From contig CBDDEL010000014.1 of assembly GCA_965226885.1 (NCBI GenBank), forward strand, positions 224,001 to 288,000: a stretch of DNA of 64,000 nt, given 5' to 3'. Source of the DNA: Opitutales bacterium (GTDB lineage: Bacteria > Verrucomicrobiota > Verrucomicrobiia > Opitutales > UBA2987). The notes below the pieces were generated by a model. It ran no database searches. It was not told the origin of the DNA and was given only the letters and a program-made list of their open reading frames with translations. The first letter of the stretch is position 1. Every line of letters begins with the position of its first letter. Shown one piece after another: positions 41,005 to 54,577 of this stretch. The translations under genes were made by a program, and so were the position numbers.

Positions 41005-44000
41005 TGTAAACGCCGGGATGAAACCGGTACGGGGGTCGGGGTAAAACCGGTACGCTTGGGATAAGGTTTAGGTTAGTAATTGCAGGTACGTCAAGGTTTA
41101 GCCCGGATATTTCATGAAGGGTAAAGTTTGGCTCGTTATTGCTATTGGAGATGGATTTCTTTGTATTTTGAGCAGATCGTCTTGATTTTTAGGTGTTTTT
41201 CAGGGTGTAGAGACACTGCCCCCTTTCCCCCATTGGTTCGGTAGTGCCGGGGGCAGCACCAATGCACCCTTTAGGTTGGCACCAATCGGCGGGCCGCATG
41301 GTTGAAAAGACTGGCCCAAGGATAACTCTCACTTAGGTGAAAGTGAATCGTTCGGGTGTTGCGCACGATGACCGCTCCGATCTTGATTAATTTGAGCCGC
41401 AGGGTGTGGCATTGGGCCCGCGCCCACTTCGTCCCTTTTAAGGCTAACCGGCGCATGGCTTCCATCAAGGTGTAGGCCAGCGCCGACAAGAGCAATCGCC
41501 ACTGATTGGCCCACCATTGATGGGCGCTGGTGCGCTCGCTGAACAATTGCATCTGTTCCTTGATTCGGTTCTCCATTTCACCGCGGCCACAGTATACCTT
41601 GTCGTAAAGCTCCTGGGGATCGCCCGGCAGGTTCGTCACCACGAAGCGCGGGTTGGACCCCTGTGCGGTGTGTTCGGCTTTATGGATGACCAACCGCCGC
41701 CATCGCCACGAATCGGCAGCATAGACGAAGTCCTGGAATAACCGTTGTTTTTTACCCCTTAGTTCGAACCATTCTTTGGCCTGCTTTTGCAACTGCTGGG
41801 CGTCTTGCTGCAAGCGTGCATTGCGAGCCATCCCCACGATGTAACTAACTTCGTTGCGGTCGCACCAAGAGAGTATCCGGTCTCGACAAAATCCACTGTC
41901 GGCGCGCCAAATAATCCGCGTACGGGGCCAGCTTTGGCGAATCCGTTTAACCAGCAATTTGAGGATGGCCCCGGCATGCTTGCTGGCATCGATCTTGCTC
42001 GGCCGCAGGTAGGCCACCAGCAGCTGATCACCGCAAAAAACATATAGCGGCAGAAAACAGTAATGATCATAATAACCGTGGAAAAAACGTCCCTCCTGGA
42101 GCCCGTGCACCGGATTGTCGGTGGCGTCAAAGTCCAGGATGATCTCTTCGGGTTCCTCGGCAAAGGAGCCCATGAACTGTTCGACCAACAGCTCGTTTAC
42201 CGCAAAGGCCGCCCGCCGATCCTGCCCGTTTTCAAAACGACACAAAGTCGGCGCGCTGGCCAACGTTTCAATGCGCCCCGTTACCGTTTGCTAACAATGG
42301 ATCGTGGCGCAGGGTATCAAAGTCGTTCAAATCCTCATAGCCCGCCACCAGCCCGTAAACGCGCTGCAGCAGCATCCCCAATACCTCATGGCGTACTTTG
42401 CCCTTCTGCCGTTTGTCCACTAACTGTCGGGCCGCTCGTTCGGTCAAGCCCAACTGCCGATCCACTTCCCGGATCAAAAGCAGTCCGGCATCCGAAGTAA
42501 CCTCTCCGCCCTTGAAATCAACCCGCACACGGCGGCCTGGCGGCCTTTTACCCTTGTCAACTGTAGCTTTAATTGTTTACCTTTTGTCATCGCTGATATT
42601 GCTTTAATTATTGATCTATCCTGCTGTATATCAGCAGTTAAGCATATCAACGATACTTTTTTTACGAAATATCCGGGTTAGGGTTTGGGAGTTGGTTTTG
42701 GGGATTGGCTTGGGGTCGGTGAGGAGGCCGGAGGCCGACGAGCCGGGCCCAAGGCGTTTATTGTTTTGGGCCACGGCGACGGCGTCGAGCATCGCGCAAG
42801 CGGTAGCTTTGCCCGTTGGCTTCGAGGATATGCACCCGATGGGTGAGTCGGTCCAGCAGAGCTCCGGTGAGCCGTTCGGAACCGAGCACTTCGATCCAGT
42901 TCTCAAAGGGCAGGTTGGTGGTGACGATGAGACTGGTGCGCTCGTAAGCGCGGCTGACCACGTCGAAGAGCAGTTCGGAACCGGTCTTGGAAAAAGGGAC
43001 GTAACCGAGTTCGTCGAGGATGAGTAGGTCGAGCCTTTCGAGTTGCTTCATGAAGCGCTGCAGGTCGTGGTTGTCGCGTTGCTCGAGCATATGGGTAACC
43101 AGGGCGGTGACCCCGAAGAAACGGATCCGCGGGCCCTGGGCACAGGCGGCAAAGCCCAGGGCGGTGGCCAGGTGCGTTTTACCGGTACCGGCGTTACCGA
43201 GGAGCAGCACGTTTTCGCGCTGGTCGACATACTCCCCGCGCATGAGCTCTCGGATGAGCGCTTCGTTGATCGAGGGCTGCGCTTCAAAGGCGAAGCTCTC
43301 GAGGGTCTTGAGCACGGGGAAACGGGCGTTTTTGATCCGCCGCTGGGCGGCCCGCTGTTCGCGTTCAATGAGCTCCCGTTCGACCAGATGCAACAAAAAG
43401 GCGGCGTAATCGAGCCGGTCCCGGGAACAAGCCGCGGCCACCGCCGGCCATTCGCGCAGGATGGTGGGCAACTTCAGTTTCTTGAGGTGATGGTGTAACA
43501 GCAGCTGGTTTTTTTCTTCCTTCATAAAGCCCCTCCTGGAATCTTGAGCAGTTCGCTGTAGGCACCGAGGTCAGGGGCGGCCACACGGACGTGACGCAGG
43601 TGTGGATGGCCGTCCAGCCGGAAGGTTCTGCTCCCGTAGTCTTCCTGAGGATAGAGATACTGGGCGATGGCCTCACGAGTCAGTCCCCCCACCCGCAGGG
43701 CCGAGACGACGGCCTGCTGCAAGGCCGCCATGGGGTGTTTCTCCAACAGCCGCAGCACCCGGATATACTCCCGGGTGCCTTCGCCCCCGCATTGGCTTTC
43801 GAGCCGGCGTCTGAGGACCTGCAGGCACTGCGGCAACTGCCAGCCCGAGAGTGGGCAGGCGAAGTCCAAAGCGCCCGGTTTTTTCTCCAGCAAAGCCAGG
43901 TAGTGCACCGGCTCGAAAGAGACTTGCTCTTTATCCCAAATGCGGCGGTGCCGGGCCACCTCTTGGCCCCCACAGAAGATCACCACCTGCCGACAGGACC

Positions 44001-45101
44001 CTTCCACCACCACCGGATGGTGGGCGCAGCGCACCGGCACCGAATAGTCGTTGCACTCGAAGCGCACCAGCGAGAGGCTGCTGACGCAGGTCGAGCGTTT
44101 GCGGCTCGCTTCAAAGGGTATGGGCGGCAACGCCAGCATGACGGCGCGCTCCTCGGCCAGCAGTTCCTTTTTCACCGCCCTTTTCCCGCGTAATTTACGC
44201 TCCATGTCCCGCTCACATGCCTCCAACAGCTCTGCGTTGAGTTCCTCCAGGTCCCGAACCTGCGGTACCGGTACCAGGAAGTTGGCCCGGGCATAACGCA
44301 CGATCCCCTCGACCACGCCCTTCTCGTTGGGCCGGGCGGGCAGACAGAAGTGTTCCTCGAACAGGTAATGGCTCTGTAGCTGCAGAAACCCGTCGGTCAG
44401 CTTGCGTTCACGCGAACCGATAATCTTACCCACCGCCACCTTCGAGTTGTCATAGCTGATGCGCCGGGGCACCGCCCCGAAAAACTCAAAAGCTCGCAGG
44501 TGCCCCTCCCAGAAGCTCTCCGTGCACTCCCGTTCGAACACCTGCACGAAAAAGGCATCGCTGTAGGGCAGGCTCATGGCAAAAAATGGCCGCCTACGCA
44601 ATTGCCCCGCCTCCTTCACCAGGGCATGACCGAAGTCCACCTGTCCCTCCCCGGGGCGGTGCTCCAGCGGCACGAACACTTCCCGCCGCCTCGCTCGCAG
44701 CTCGGCCACCACCTCCTTGACCGCCGTGTAGCCCCCTTGGTAGCCCTTCTCCCGACCCAAACGCTGGTAGATCCGTTTGGCCGTATGGCGCTGCTTCTTG
44801 GGCACGTTCCGGTCCGCTTTGAGCACCTCCTCGATCCAGCCCACATACGGATCGATCTTGCGCTCTCGCCTCTTCTTGCGCCGGTCTCCCGGCGGCTGGG
44901 AATAGGCCAGCATCTTTCCCAGGGTCTCCCAGTGCAGTCCCTCTTCTCGCATTACAGAGCGCTTGCTCTGCTTGTCCCGCAGCACTTTGTGCCGCACTCT
45001 TGTCCATTGCTTCATATCTCGATACACTCCTCCTTTCTAGGATAAGCGTACCGGTTTTAAAGCGCCCTCTTTACCGTACCGGTTTTTCCCCGGCGTTTAC
45101 A
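41005..45101 (-). mobile_element. IS21-family element, copy 2 (istB 42758-43525, istA 43522-45027)
   Basis: Same ends as copy 1, 5-bp TSD TTTTA. Confidence 0.93.
41102..42677 (-). mobile_element. IS1380-family element, copy 3, transposase frameshifted
   Basis: IRs and TSD TTAG. 8-bp duplication at 42531-42546 and a 1-nt insertion near 42292 relative to other copies. Confidence 0.93.
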
Positions 45102-47269
45102 TTTTACGCACATAGCGTGACAGGGACTGTCGCAAGGTATTGTTCCAGCGTTCGATATGGGCGGTTTGGCCGGATTGTTTCCCGCTGGCGCTGTTGTGAG
45201 GGAAAACCTTGTCGTAGCTTTCCCAGTAATCGCTTACGGTGGCACAGTCGCGATAGGGCTGGGCGATGTTGTGATACAACTGCCAGCACGTTTGATCGCT
45301 ACGATCACCCAGAGAAAACCCGACGACCTGTCGGGTACGTCGACACAAGGCTACCCATAGCCATACCTGCCCCGAACGCTTATCGCCCCAGAATGACCAC
45401 ACCTCGTCCAGTTCCAGCACATCACTACACTGGCGGGCAAGCAGAGTGGACTCCAGCTTCGGCAAACTCAGGACTTTTTTTTAATCCATTCGATGACCGT
45501 CTTTGGGGCTACCCCGAAGGTACGGTAAATGGCACGCAGGCTCATCCGGTTTTGGTGCGCACGGAGCACCTGCTTGACCAGCGCCGGAGGATGCTCACGA
45601 CTTTTGGGGTGAAGCCGAAACTGATAACCACACCCCTTGCATCGATACTTCTGAACCCCTTTCGGATCCTTGCCGTGCTTGATGATGTGATCGCTTCCGC
45701 ATTGAGGACATTTTACTGTGATATGGACCATTCCCAGTTCACAACATAATCACGCTAAAAAGTACAGCTTAAACATTCAAAATGTTAACACTACCCGTGA
45801 TTTTACTATTATTTTTTTCGGCCGGAATTCTTTTTGCATTTCGAAATAATTTTACGATATTTTTTGGCATTTTCGATATTTGGGTCCAATTCCAACGCTC
45901 TTTCCAGGTGCCCAATACCCTCTGGTTTGCGTTCGGGCATGTTGATCAGCAATTTCCCCATGCCTTTATGAGCCCGGGGTGAATTTTCCTTCAAGGCCAG
46001 GGCATTGGAGAAAGCCAATTCCGATTCCGCGAATTTCCCCAGGGATGCAGCCATGCTTCCCACCAAGGTATGATAAAAGCTGTTTTCGGGCATTAATTCG
46101 GTGGCCAGCCGGAATTGCCCCAAAGCCTCCTCTTGGCGGCCTTTGATCTGGTAAACCTGGCCCAGTCCGCCCTGCAAAAATCCGTCTTGTGGCAAAATTT
46201 TGGTTGCATGTTCGAGAACCGTTGTCGCCTTGTCGAACTCATTCAGATCGCCGTATGCCTGGGCCAGGTAAAAGAGGTTAAAGCCATCATGCGGAAAATA
46301 CCGCTCAAATGACTCCAGGTATTCACGCGCCTCATTCGGCCTGCCGGTAACTGCATAGGCCCTGCCGATGAGATGTCTGGCATCTTTGCGCAAGGGATTG
46401 TATTTGAGGACCTTTTCCCCAAGGTTGATGACGATTTGCCAATCCTCCTTGCGGTTCATGGCGTGCCGTTGAGAGCGAAAGTAGCGGTCGGCTTTCATCC
46501 AGCGGTATTGCAGCGATGTCCAAACCACGATAAGGATCAGACCCGCCGCCGCTCCGCCCAGGGCCAATCCCTTTTTTTCCCAACGCCAGGAAGTCTGCTG
46601 CTTTTCACTATTGGACGAATCCAACGAAAAAAGTCCCGCCGCATATAAAGCCAAAGCAAAGGGCGGCATGGCCCGGTAAAAAGGAAAACTGAATAGCGCA
46701 TCCACCCCTAATCCGCATATTCCCGCCAAACAGGCGGTCGCCGCCAGCCAGTCTTTGCTCGAACCGGGAACCCCCGCTACCCTCCACGCTTGTCTGGCCA
46801 TTAAAGTTAGCGACCAGAATAGAAAAATCAGGAAAGGGATCCCCAATTCCGCTGTTGCCTGCAGGTAATCGTTATGGGCTTCGGCCGGTCTCCGGATCAT
46901 AGTCAGTCCCCTCTGCGAACCTCCTTTACTGGCTGCCAATGGATAAGAAACGATAAAATTATACAGACCGACGCCCCTTACCGGATGGTCCTTCACCATT
47001 TCCAGAATATTGCTCCAAAGGGCCAGACGCTCACGACCGCTTCCCCCGTATCTTTTAACCGGAGCGTCTATGTCGCTATCTCTATCATTGGCCACTTTTT
47101 CTTTATCCTGGAGAGCCTCTCTCAAACCTGTTAAATCCCGGACCGCTTCTGCCCATCGCCACGTCATGCCGTCGTTAGTGTAATTTGTGGTCAGGGCGAG
47201 AAGGATTAATGAAATTGCGCCGGGAATAAATAACTGGCGCTTTAGAGAAGGCCGTTTTCTTTTCTTTAG

Positions 47270-48836
47270 CCCGGATATTTCGTAAAAAAAGTATCGTTGA
47301 TATGCTTAACTGCTGATATACAGCAGGATAGATCAATAATTAAAGCAATATCAGCGATGACAAAAGGTAAACAATTAAAGCTACAGTTGACAAGGGTAAA
47401 AGGCCGCCGTGTGCGGGTTGATTTCAAGGGCGGAGAGGTTACTTCGGATGCCGGACTGCTTTTGATCCGGGAAGTGGATCGGCAGTTGGGCTTGACCGAA
47501 CGAGCGGCCCGACAGTTAGTGGACAAACGGCAGAAGGGCAAAGTACGCCATGAGGTATTGGGGATGCTGCGGCAGCGCGTTTACGGGCTGGTGGCGGGCT
47601 ATGAGGATTTGAACGACTTTGATACCCTGCGCCAAGATCCATTGTTGCAAACGGTAACGGGGCGCATTGAAACGTTGGCCAGCGCGCCGACTTTGTGTCG
47701 TTTTGAAAACGGGCAGGATTGGCGGGCGGCCTTTGCGGTAAACGAGCTGTTGGTCGAACAGTTCATGGGCTCCTTTGCCGAGGAACCCGAAGAGATCATC
47801 CTGGACTTTGACGCCACCGACAATCCGGTGCACGGGCTCCAGGAGGGACGTTTTTTCCACGGTTATTATGATCATTACTGTTTTCTGCCGCTATATGTTT
47901 TTTGCGGTGATCAGCTGCTGGTGGCCTACCTGCGGCCGAGCAAGATCGATGCCAGCAAGCATGCCGGGGCCATCCTCAAATTGCTGGTTAAACGGATGCG
48001 CCAAAGCTGGCCCCGTACGCGGATTATTTGGCGCGCCGACAGTGGATTTTGTCGAGACCGGATACTCTCTTGGTGCGACCGCAACGAAGTTAGTTACATC
48101 GTGGGGATGGCTCGCAATGCACGCTTGCAGCAAGACGCCCAGCAGTTGCAAAAGCAGGCCAAAGAATGGTTCGAACTAAGGGGTAAAAAACAACGGTTAT
48201 TCCAGGACTTCGTCTATGCTGCCGATTCGTGGCGATGGCTGCGGTTGGTCATCCATAAAGCCGAACACACCGCACAGGGGTCCAACCCGCGCTTCGTGGT
48301 GACGAACCTGCCGGGCGATCCCCAGGAGCTTTACGACAAGGTATACTGTGGCCGCGGTGAAATGGAGAACCGAATCAAGGAACAGATGCAATTGTTCAGC
48401 GAGCGCACCAGCGCCCATCAATGGTGGGCCAATCAGTGGCGATTGCTCTTGTCGGCGCTGGCCTACACCTTGATGGAAGCCATGCGCCGGTTAGCCTTAA
48501 AAGGGACGAAGTGGGCGCGGGCCCAATGCCACACCCTGCGGCTCAAATTAATCAAGATCGGAGCGGTCATCGTGCGCAACACCCGAACGATTCACTTTCA
48601 CCTAAGTGAGAGTTATCCTTGGGCCAGTCTTTTCAACCATGCGGCCCGCCGATTGGTGCCAACCTAAAGGGTGCATTGGTGCTGCCCCCGGCACTACCGA
48701 ACCAATGGGGGAAAGGGGGCAGTGTCTCTACACCCTGAAAAACACCTAAAAATCAAGACGATCTGCTCAAAATACAAAGAAATCCATCTCCAATAGCAAT
48801 AACGAGCCAAACTTTACCCTTCATGAAATATCCGGG
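47270..48836 (+). mobile_element. IS1380-family element, copy 4 (transposase 47357-48667)
   Basis: IRs, TSD TTAG, open transposase frame. Confidence 0.95.
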
Positions 48837-49371
48837 TTAGCACAAATATGGCGAATATGAGGAGGGCCAGAATGATCTCTGCCATGACGGACAACCAGGC
48901 CGCCCGCGTAAATGTGTAAAACAGATAAGTCGCCATAACGACTGTCGATAAAGAGCCGAACCAGATGGCGAGGGCGGTCCGGGCCGAAAAAATAACGCTG
49001 CTGCGGCTGGCAGGGTTATGATCATCATTTGCGCCCCCATGTTTTTATTGGCAAAAGTAGAGGCGGGTGAAGCGGTTTGTTTTACCAGATCGACATCGTA
49101 TAAATATTGAGTGCACCCCAGCAAGGCGACCAACGTTCCGGAAATAGCGATGGAGACAAACAGACGATAGATTTGGCCGGGCCTGCCCAAGGACTGCAGG
49201 GCGAGGAAAAATACTACCCCGCTGGCGCACCAGCGATTCCAGACGATGAATCCTCCAAATGGCTCACGGGCCCAGAACAACGACAACAGCGCCCAACCCA
49301 CAAATCCGGCCAGGGGAAAATACAAAGGGCATTTTAACACTTCCAAACGACCTTTGCGAACTGCCTTAATG

Positions 49372-50977
49372 GGTAGTGTATAAAAAAAGAATGTTATTTT
49401 GTATTTTTAGCTGTACAAATAGCGTTAGGCAGTTTATTTTTAGTGCATGGTTACTAAAATTATTAATTGTCGGCACTGTGGAAGTGAAAATATCATTAAA
49501 TTTGGCAAGACGCCCAACCATAAACAGCGCTACCGCTGCCATGATTGTGGTAAACAAAGCCGCGAAAACCCCACAGTGAAATACACCGAAGAGCAAAAAG
49601 AAATGGGTAGTGTTAACATTTTGAATGTTTAGGCTGTACTTTTTAGCGTGATTATGTTGTGAACTGGGAATGGTCCATATCACAGTAAAATGTCCTCAAT
49701 GCGGAAGCGATCACATCATCAAGCACGGCAAGGATCCGAAAGGGGTTCAGAAGTATCGATGCAAGGGGTGTGGTTATCAGTTTCGGCTTCACCCCAAAAG
49801 TCGTGAGCATCCTCCGGCGCTGGTCAAGCAGGTGCTCCGTGCGCACCAAAACCGGATGAGCCTGCGTGCCATTTACCGTACCTTCGGGGTAGCCCCAAAG
49901 ACGGTCATCGAATGGATTAAAAAAAAGTCCTGAGTTTGCCGAAGCTGGAGTCCACTCTGCTTGCCCGCCAGTGTAGTGATGTGCTGGAACTGGACGAGGT
50001 GTGGTCATTCTGGGGCGATAAGCGTTCGGGGCAGGTATGGCTATGGGTAGCCTTGTGTCGACGTACCCGACAGGTCGTCGGGTTTTCTCTGGGTGATCGT
50101 AGCGATCAAACGTGCTGGCAGTTGTATCACAACATCGCCCAGCCCTATCGCGACTGTGCCACCGTAAGCGATTACTGGGAAAGCTACGACAAGGTTTTCC
50201 CTCACAACAGCGCCAGCGGGAAACAATCCGGCCAAACCGCCCATATCGAACGCTGGAACAATACCTTGCGACAGTCCCTGTCACGCTATGTGCGTAAAAC
50301 GCTGTCATTCTCGAAGTCTTTGGTCATGCATTTTCGCGTCCTGTGCTTGTTCATCTGGGAATACAACAGCAATATCAAACATTCGTCATGTTAACACTAC
50401 CAAGAAATGATCCTGCGAGTCTATCAGGAACGCAGCAGTCTACGCGGTTTACAGCGCGCCTTCGGGGTGAGTCCCAACACCGTTTTGAGTTGGTTAAAAA
50501 AAACGACAATCGCTGCGACCGCTCAAAAGCACGATTCTTGCGGCCCGCCGCCATGATGTCATTGAACTGGACGAACTGTGGTCTTTTGTGGGGCGCAAGA
50601 GCGATGCCCAATGGGTTTGGATCGCTCTTTGCCGACGCACCCGTCAAATCCTCTCCTATGCCATTGGGCCTCGGGATTGGTATCGTTGCCGGGAACTTTA
50701 CGAGCGTCTGCCACGGGCCTACAAAAGATGTGCCACCTACAGCGACTTTTGGAGCACTTATGATGAAGTCTTTCCTCATAACCGATCCGTGGGAAAAGAA
50801 ACCGGTGAAACGGCCCATGTGGAACGATGGAACAATACCCTGCGCCAACGACTGGGTCGTTTCACACGCAAAACCCTCTCCTTTTCCAAGCTTAAGAGTA
50901 TGCATGAAACCTGTCTGAGACTTTTTATTCATCAATATAATCAAGAATTAGCCACCATTCCTACTTAATACACTACC
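49372..50977 (+). mobile_element. IS1-family element type A, interrupted by IS1 type B
   Basis: GGTAGTGTA / TACACTACC ends, 8-bp TSD CCTTAATG. Confidence 0.92.
49606..50401 (+). mobile_element. IS1-family element type B (intact; InsA 49670-49933, InsB-like 49936-50394)
   Basis: GGTAGTGTTAACA IRs, 8-bp TSD AAGAAATG, A8 slippery run between the ORFs. Confidence 0.93.
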
Positions 50978-51117
50978 CCTTAATGAACCAAAAAGTTAGC
51001 CAGAACAAAGTTCCCAATTGGATAAATACCGCTTTCGGCATATTGGTATAATCCCAATTGCGCTCGAAAATGACAAGCGGAGCAATGACTATAATAATCG
51101 GCAGAATAAGGTTTTCG

Positions 51118-51919
51118 GGTAGTGTATAAAAAAAGAATGTTATTTTGTATTTTTAGCTGTACAAATAGCGTTAGGCAGTTTATTCTTAGTGCATGGTTAC
51201 TAAAATTATTAATTGTCGGCACTGTGGAAGTGAAAATATCATTAAATTTGGCAAGACGCCCAACCATAAACAGCGCTACCGCTGCCATGATTGTGGTAAA
51301 CAAAGCCGCGAAAACCCCACAGTGAAATACACCGAAGAGCAAAAAGAAATGATCCTTCGAGTCTATCAGGAACGCAGCAGTCTACGCGGTTTACAGCGCG
51401 CCTTCGGGGTGAGTCCCAACACCGTATTGAGTTGGTTAAAAAAAACGACAATCGCTGCGACCGCTCAAAAGCACGATTCTTGCGGCCCGCCGCCATGATG
51501 TCATTGAACTGGACGAACTGTGGTCTTTTGTGGGGCGCAAGAGCGATGCCCAATGGGTTTGGATCGCTCTTTGCCGACGCACCCGTCAAATCCTCTCCTA
51601 TGCCATTGGGCCTCGGGATTGGTATCGTTGCCGGGAACTTTACGAGCGTCTGCCACGGGCCTACAAAAGATGTGCCACCTACAGCGACTTTTGGAGCACT
51701 TATGATGAAGTCTTTCCTCATAACCGATCCGTGGGAAAAGAAACCGGTGAAACGGCCCATGTGGAACGATGGAACAATACCCTGCGCCAACGACTGGGTC
51801 GTTTCACACGCAAAACCCTCTCCTTTTCCAAGCTTAAGAGTATGCATGAAACCTGTCTGAGACTTTTCATTCATCAATATAATCAAGAATTAGCCACCAT
51901 TCCTACTTAATACACTACC
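51118..51919 (+). mobile_element. IS1-family element type A (intact; InsA from 51193, InsB-like frame ending 51910)
   Basis: IRs, 8-bp TSD GGTTTTCG, CRHCGS..C..C zinc finger, A8C slippery site, [12 protein letters not shown]. Confidence 0.93.
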
Positions 51920-52060
51920 GGTTTTCGCAGGTTTCCCAAATGTTTCTCTCTTGAATGGCTTTGGCTGCGATGTAGCCTCCCATAACGGCCAACACCTGAT
52001 CCACTGGAATCCTCAATTCACGGGCCATTTGCGATGCCGCTTTTTTACCAGAGAACCGCT

Positions 52061-54577
52061 TGTAAACGCCGGGATGAAACCGGTACGGGGGTCGGGGTAA
52101 AACCGGTACGCTTGGAATAAGGTTTAGGTTAGTAATTGCAGGTACGTCAAGGTTTAGGGTTTGGGAGTTGGTTTTGGGGATTGGCTTGGGGTCGGTGAGG
52201 AGGCCGGAGGCCGACGAGCCGGGCCCAAGGCGTTTATTGTTTTGTGCCACGGCGACGGCGTCGAGCATCGCGCAAGCGGTAGCTTTGCCCGTTGGCTTCG
52301 AGGATATGCACCCGATGGGTGAGTCGGTCCAGCAGAGCTCCGGTGAGCCGTTCGGAACCGAGCACTTCGATCCAGTTCTCAAAGGGCAGGTTGGTGGTGA
52401 CGATGAGACTGGTGCGCTCGTAAGCGCGGCTGACCACGTCGAAGAGCAGTTCGGAACCGGTCTTGGAAAAAGGGACGTAACCGAGTTCGTCGAGGATGAG
52501 TAGGTCGAGCCTTTCGAGTTGCTTCATGAAGCGCTGCAGGTCGTGGTTGTCGCGTTGCTCGAGCATATGGGTAACCAGGGCGGTGACCCCGAAGAAACGG
52601 ATCCGCCGGCCCTGGGCACAGGCGGCAAAGCCCAGGGCGGTGGCCAGGTGCGTTTTACCGGTACCGGCGTTACCGAGGAGCAGCACGTTTTCGCGCTGGT
52701 CGACATACTCCCCGCGCATGAGCTCTCGGATGAGCGCTTCGTTGATCGAGGGCTGCGCTTCAAAGGCGAAGCTCTCGAGGGTCTTGAGCACGGGGAAACG
52801 GGCGTTTTTGATCCGCCGCTGGGCGGCCCGCTGTTCGCGTTCAATGAGCTCCCGTTCGACCAGATGCAACAAAAAGGCGGCGTAATCGAGCCGGTCCCGG
52901 GAACAAGCCGCGGCCACCGCCGGCCATTCGCGCAGGATGGTGGGCAACTTCAGTTTCTTGAGGTGATGGTGTAACAGCAGCTGGTTTTTTTCTTCCTTCA
53001 TAAAGCCCCTCCTGGAATCTTGAGCAGTTCGCTGTAGGCACCGAGGTCAGGGGCGGCCACACGGACGTGACGCAGGTGTGGATGGCCGTCCAGCCGGAAG
53101 GTTCTGCTCCCGTAGTCTTCCTGAGGATAGAGATACTGGGCGATGGCCTCACGAGTCAGTCCCCCCACCCGCAGGGCCGAGACGACGGCCTGCTGCAAGG
53201 CCGCCATGGGGTGTTTCTCCAACAGCCGCAGCACCCGGATATACTCCCGGGTGCCTTCGCCCCCGCATTGGCTTTCGAGCCGGCGTCTGAGGACCTGCAG
53301 GCACTGCGGCAACTGCCAGCCCGAGAGTGGGCGGGCGAAGTCCAAAGCGCCCGGTTTTTTCTCCAGCAAAGCCAGGTAGTGCACCGGCTCGAAAGAGACT
53401 TGCTCTTTATCCCAAATGCGGCGGTGCCGGGCCACCTCTTGGCCCCCACAGAAGATCACCACCTGCCGACAGGACCCTTCCACCACCACCGGATGGTGGG
53501 CGCAGCGCACCGGCACCGAATAGTCGTTGCACTCGAAGCGCACCAGCGAGAGGCTGCTGACGCAGGTCGAGCGTTTGCGGCTCGCTTCAAAGGGTATGGG
53601 CGGCAACGCCAGCATGACGGCGCGCTCCTCGGCCAGCAGTTCCTTTTTCACCGCCCTTTTCCCGCGTAATTTACGCTCCATGTCCCGCTCACATGCCTCC
53701 AACAGCTCTGCGTTGAGTTCCTCCAGGTCCCGAACCTGCGGTACCGGTACCAGGAAGTTGGCCCGGGCATAACGCACGATCCCCTCGACCACGCCCTTCT
53801 CGTTGGGCCGGGCGGGCAGACAGAAGTGTTCCTCGAACAGGTAATGGCTCTGTAGCTGCAGAAACCCGTCGGTCAGCTTGCGTTCACGCGAACCGATAAT
53901 CTTACCCACCGCCACCTTCGAGTTGTCATAGCTGATGCGCCGGGGCACCGCCCCGAAAAACTCAAAAGCTCGCAGGTGCCCCTCCCAGAAGCTCTCCGTG
54001 CACTCCCGTTCGAACACCTGCACGAAAAAGGCATCGCTGTAGGGCAGGCTCATGGCAAAAAATGGCCGCCTACGCAATTGCCCCGCCTCCTTCACCAGGG
54101 CATGACCGAAGTCCACCTGTCCCTCCCCGGGGCGGTGCTCCAGCGGCACGAACACTTCCCGCCGCCTCGCTCGCAGCTCGGCCACCACCTCCTTGACCGC
54201 CGTGTAGCCCCCTTGGTAGCCCTTCTCCCGACCCAAACGCTGGTAGATCCGTTTGGCCGTATGGCGCTGCTTCTTGGGCACGTTCCGGTCCGCTTTGAGC
54301 ACCTCCTCGATCCAGCCCACATACGGATCGATCTTGCGCTCTCGCCTCTTCTTGCGCCGGTATCCCGGCGGCTGGGAATAGGCCAGCATCTTTCCCAGGG
54401 TCTCCCAGTGCAGTCCCTCTTCTCGCATTACAGAGCGCTTGCTCTGCTTGTCCCGCAGCACTTTGTGCCGCACTCTTGTCCATTGCTTCATATCTCGATA
54501 CACTCCTCCTTTCTAGGATAAGCGTACCGGTTTTAAAGCGCCCTCTTTACCGTACCGGTTTTTCCCCGGCGTTTACA
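52061..54577 (-). mobile_element. IS21-family element, copy 3 (istB 52234-53001, istA 52998-54503)
   Basis: Same ends as copy 1, 6-bp TSD ACCGCT. Confidence 0.95.

Larger units (their letters stand above)
40898..45795 (-). mobile_element. IS1-family element type B, interrupted by IS21 (itself interrupted by IS1380)
   Basis: GGTAGTGTTAACA IRs, 8-bp TSD CGTGATTT. InsA-like 45468-45731 (CPQCGS..C..C), InsB-like 45097-45465 (ELDEVWSF). Confidence 0.92.

Noticed and set aside
51915..52382. Apparent novel 155-aa ORF, and similar ones at 10887-11360, 31661-32035 and 57270-57509
   Set aside because: Chimeric read-through from IS ends into host or IS fragments.
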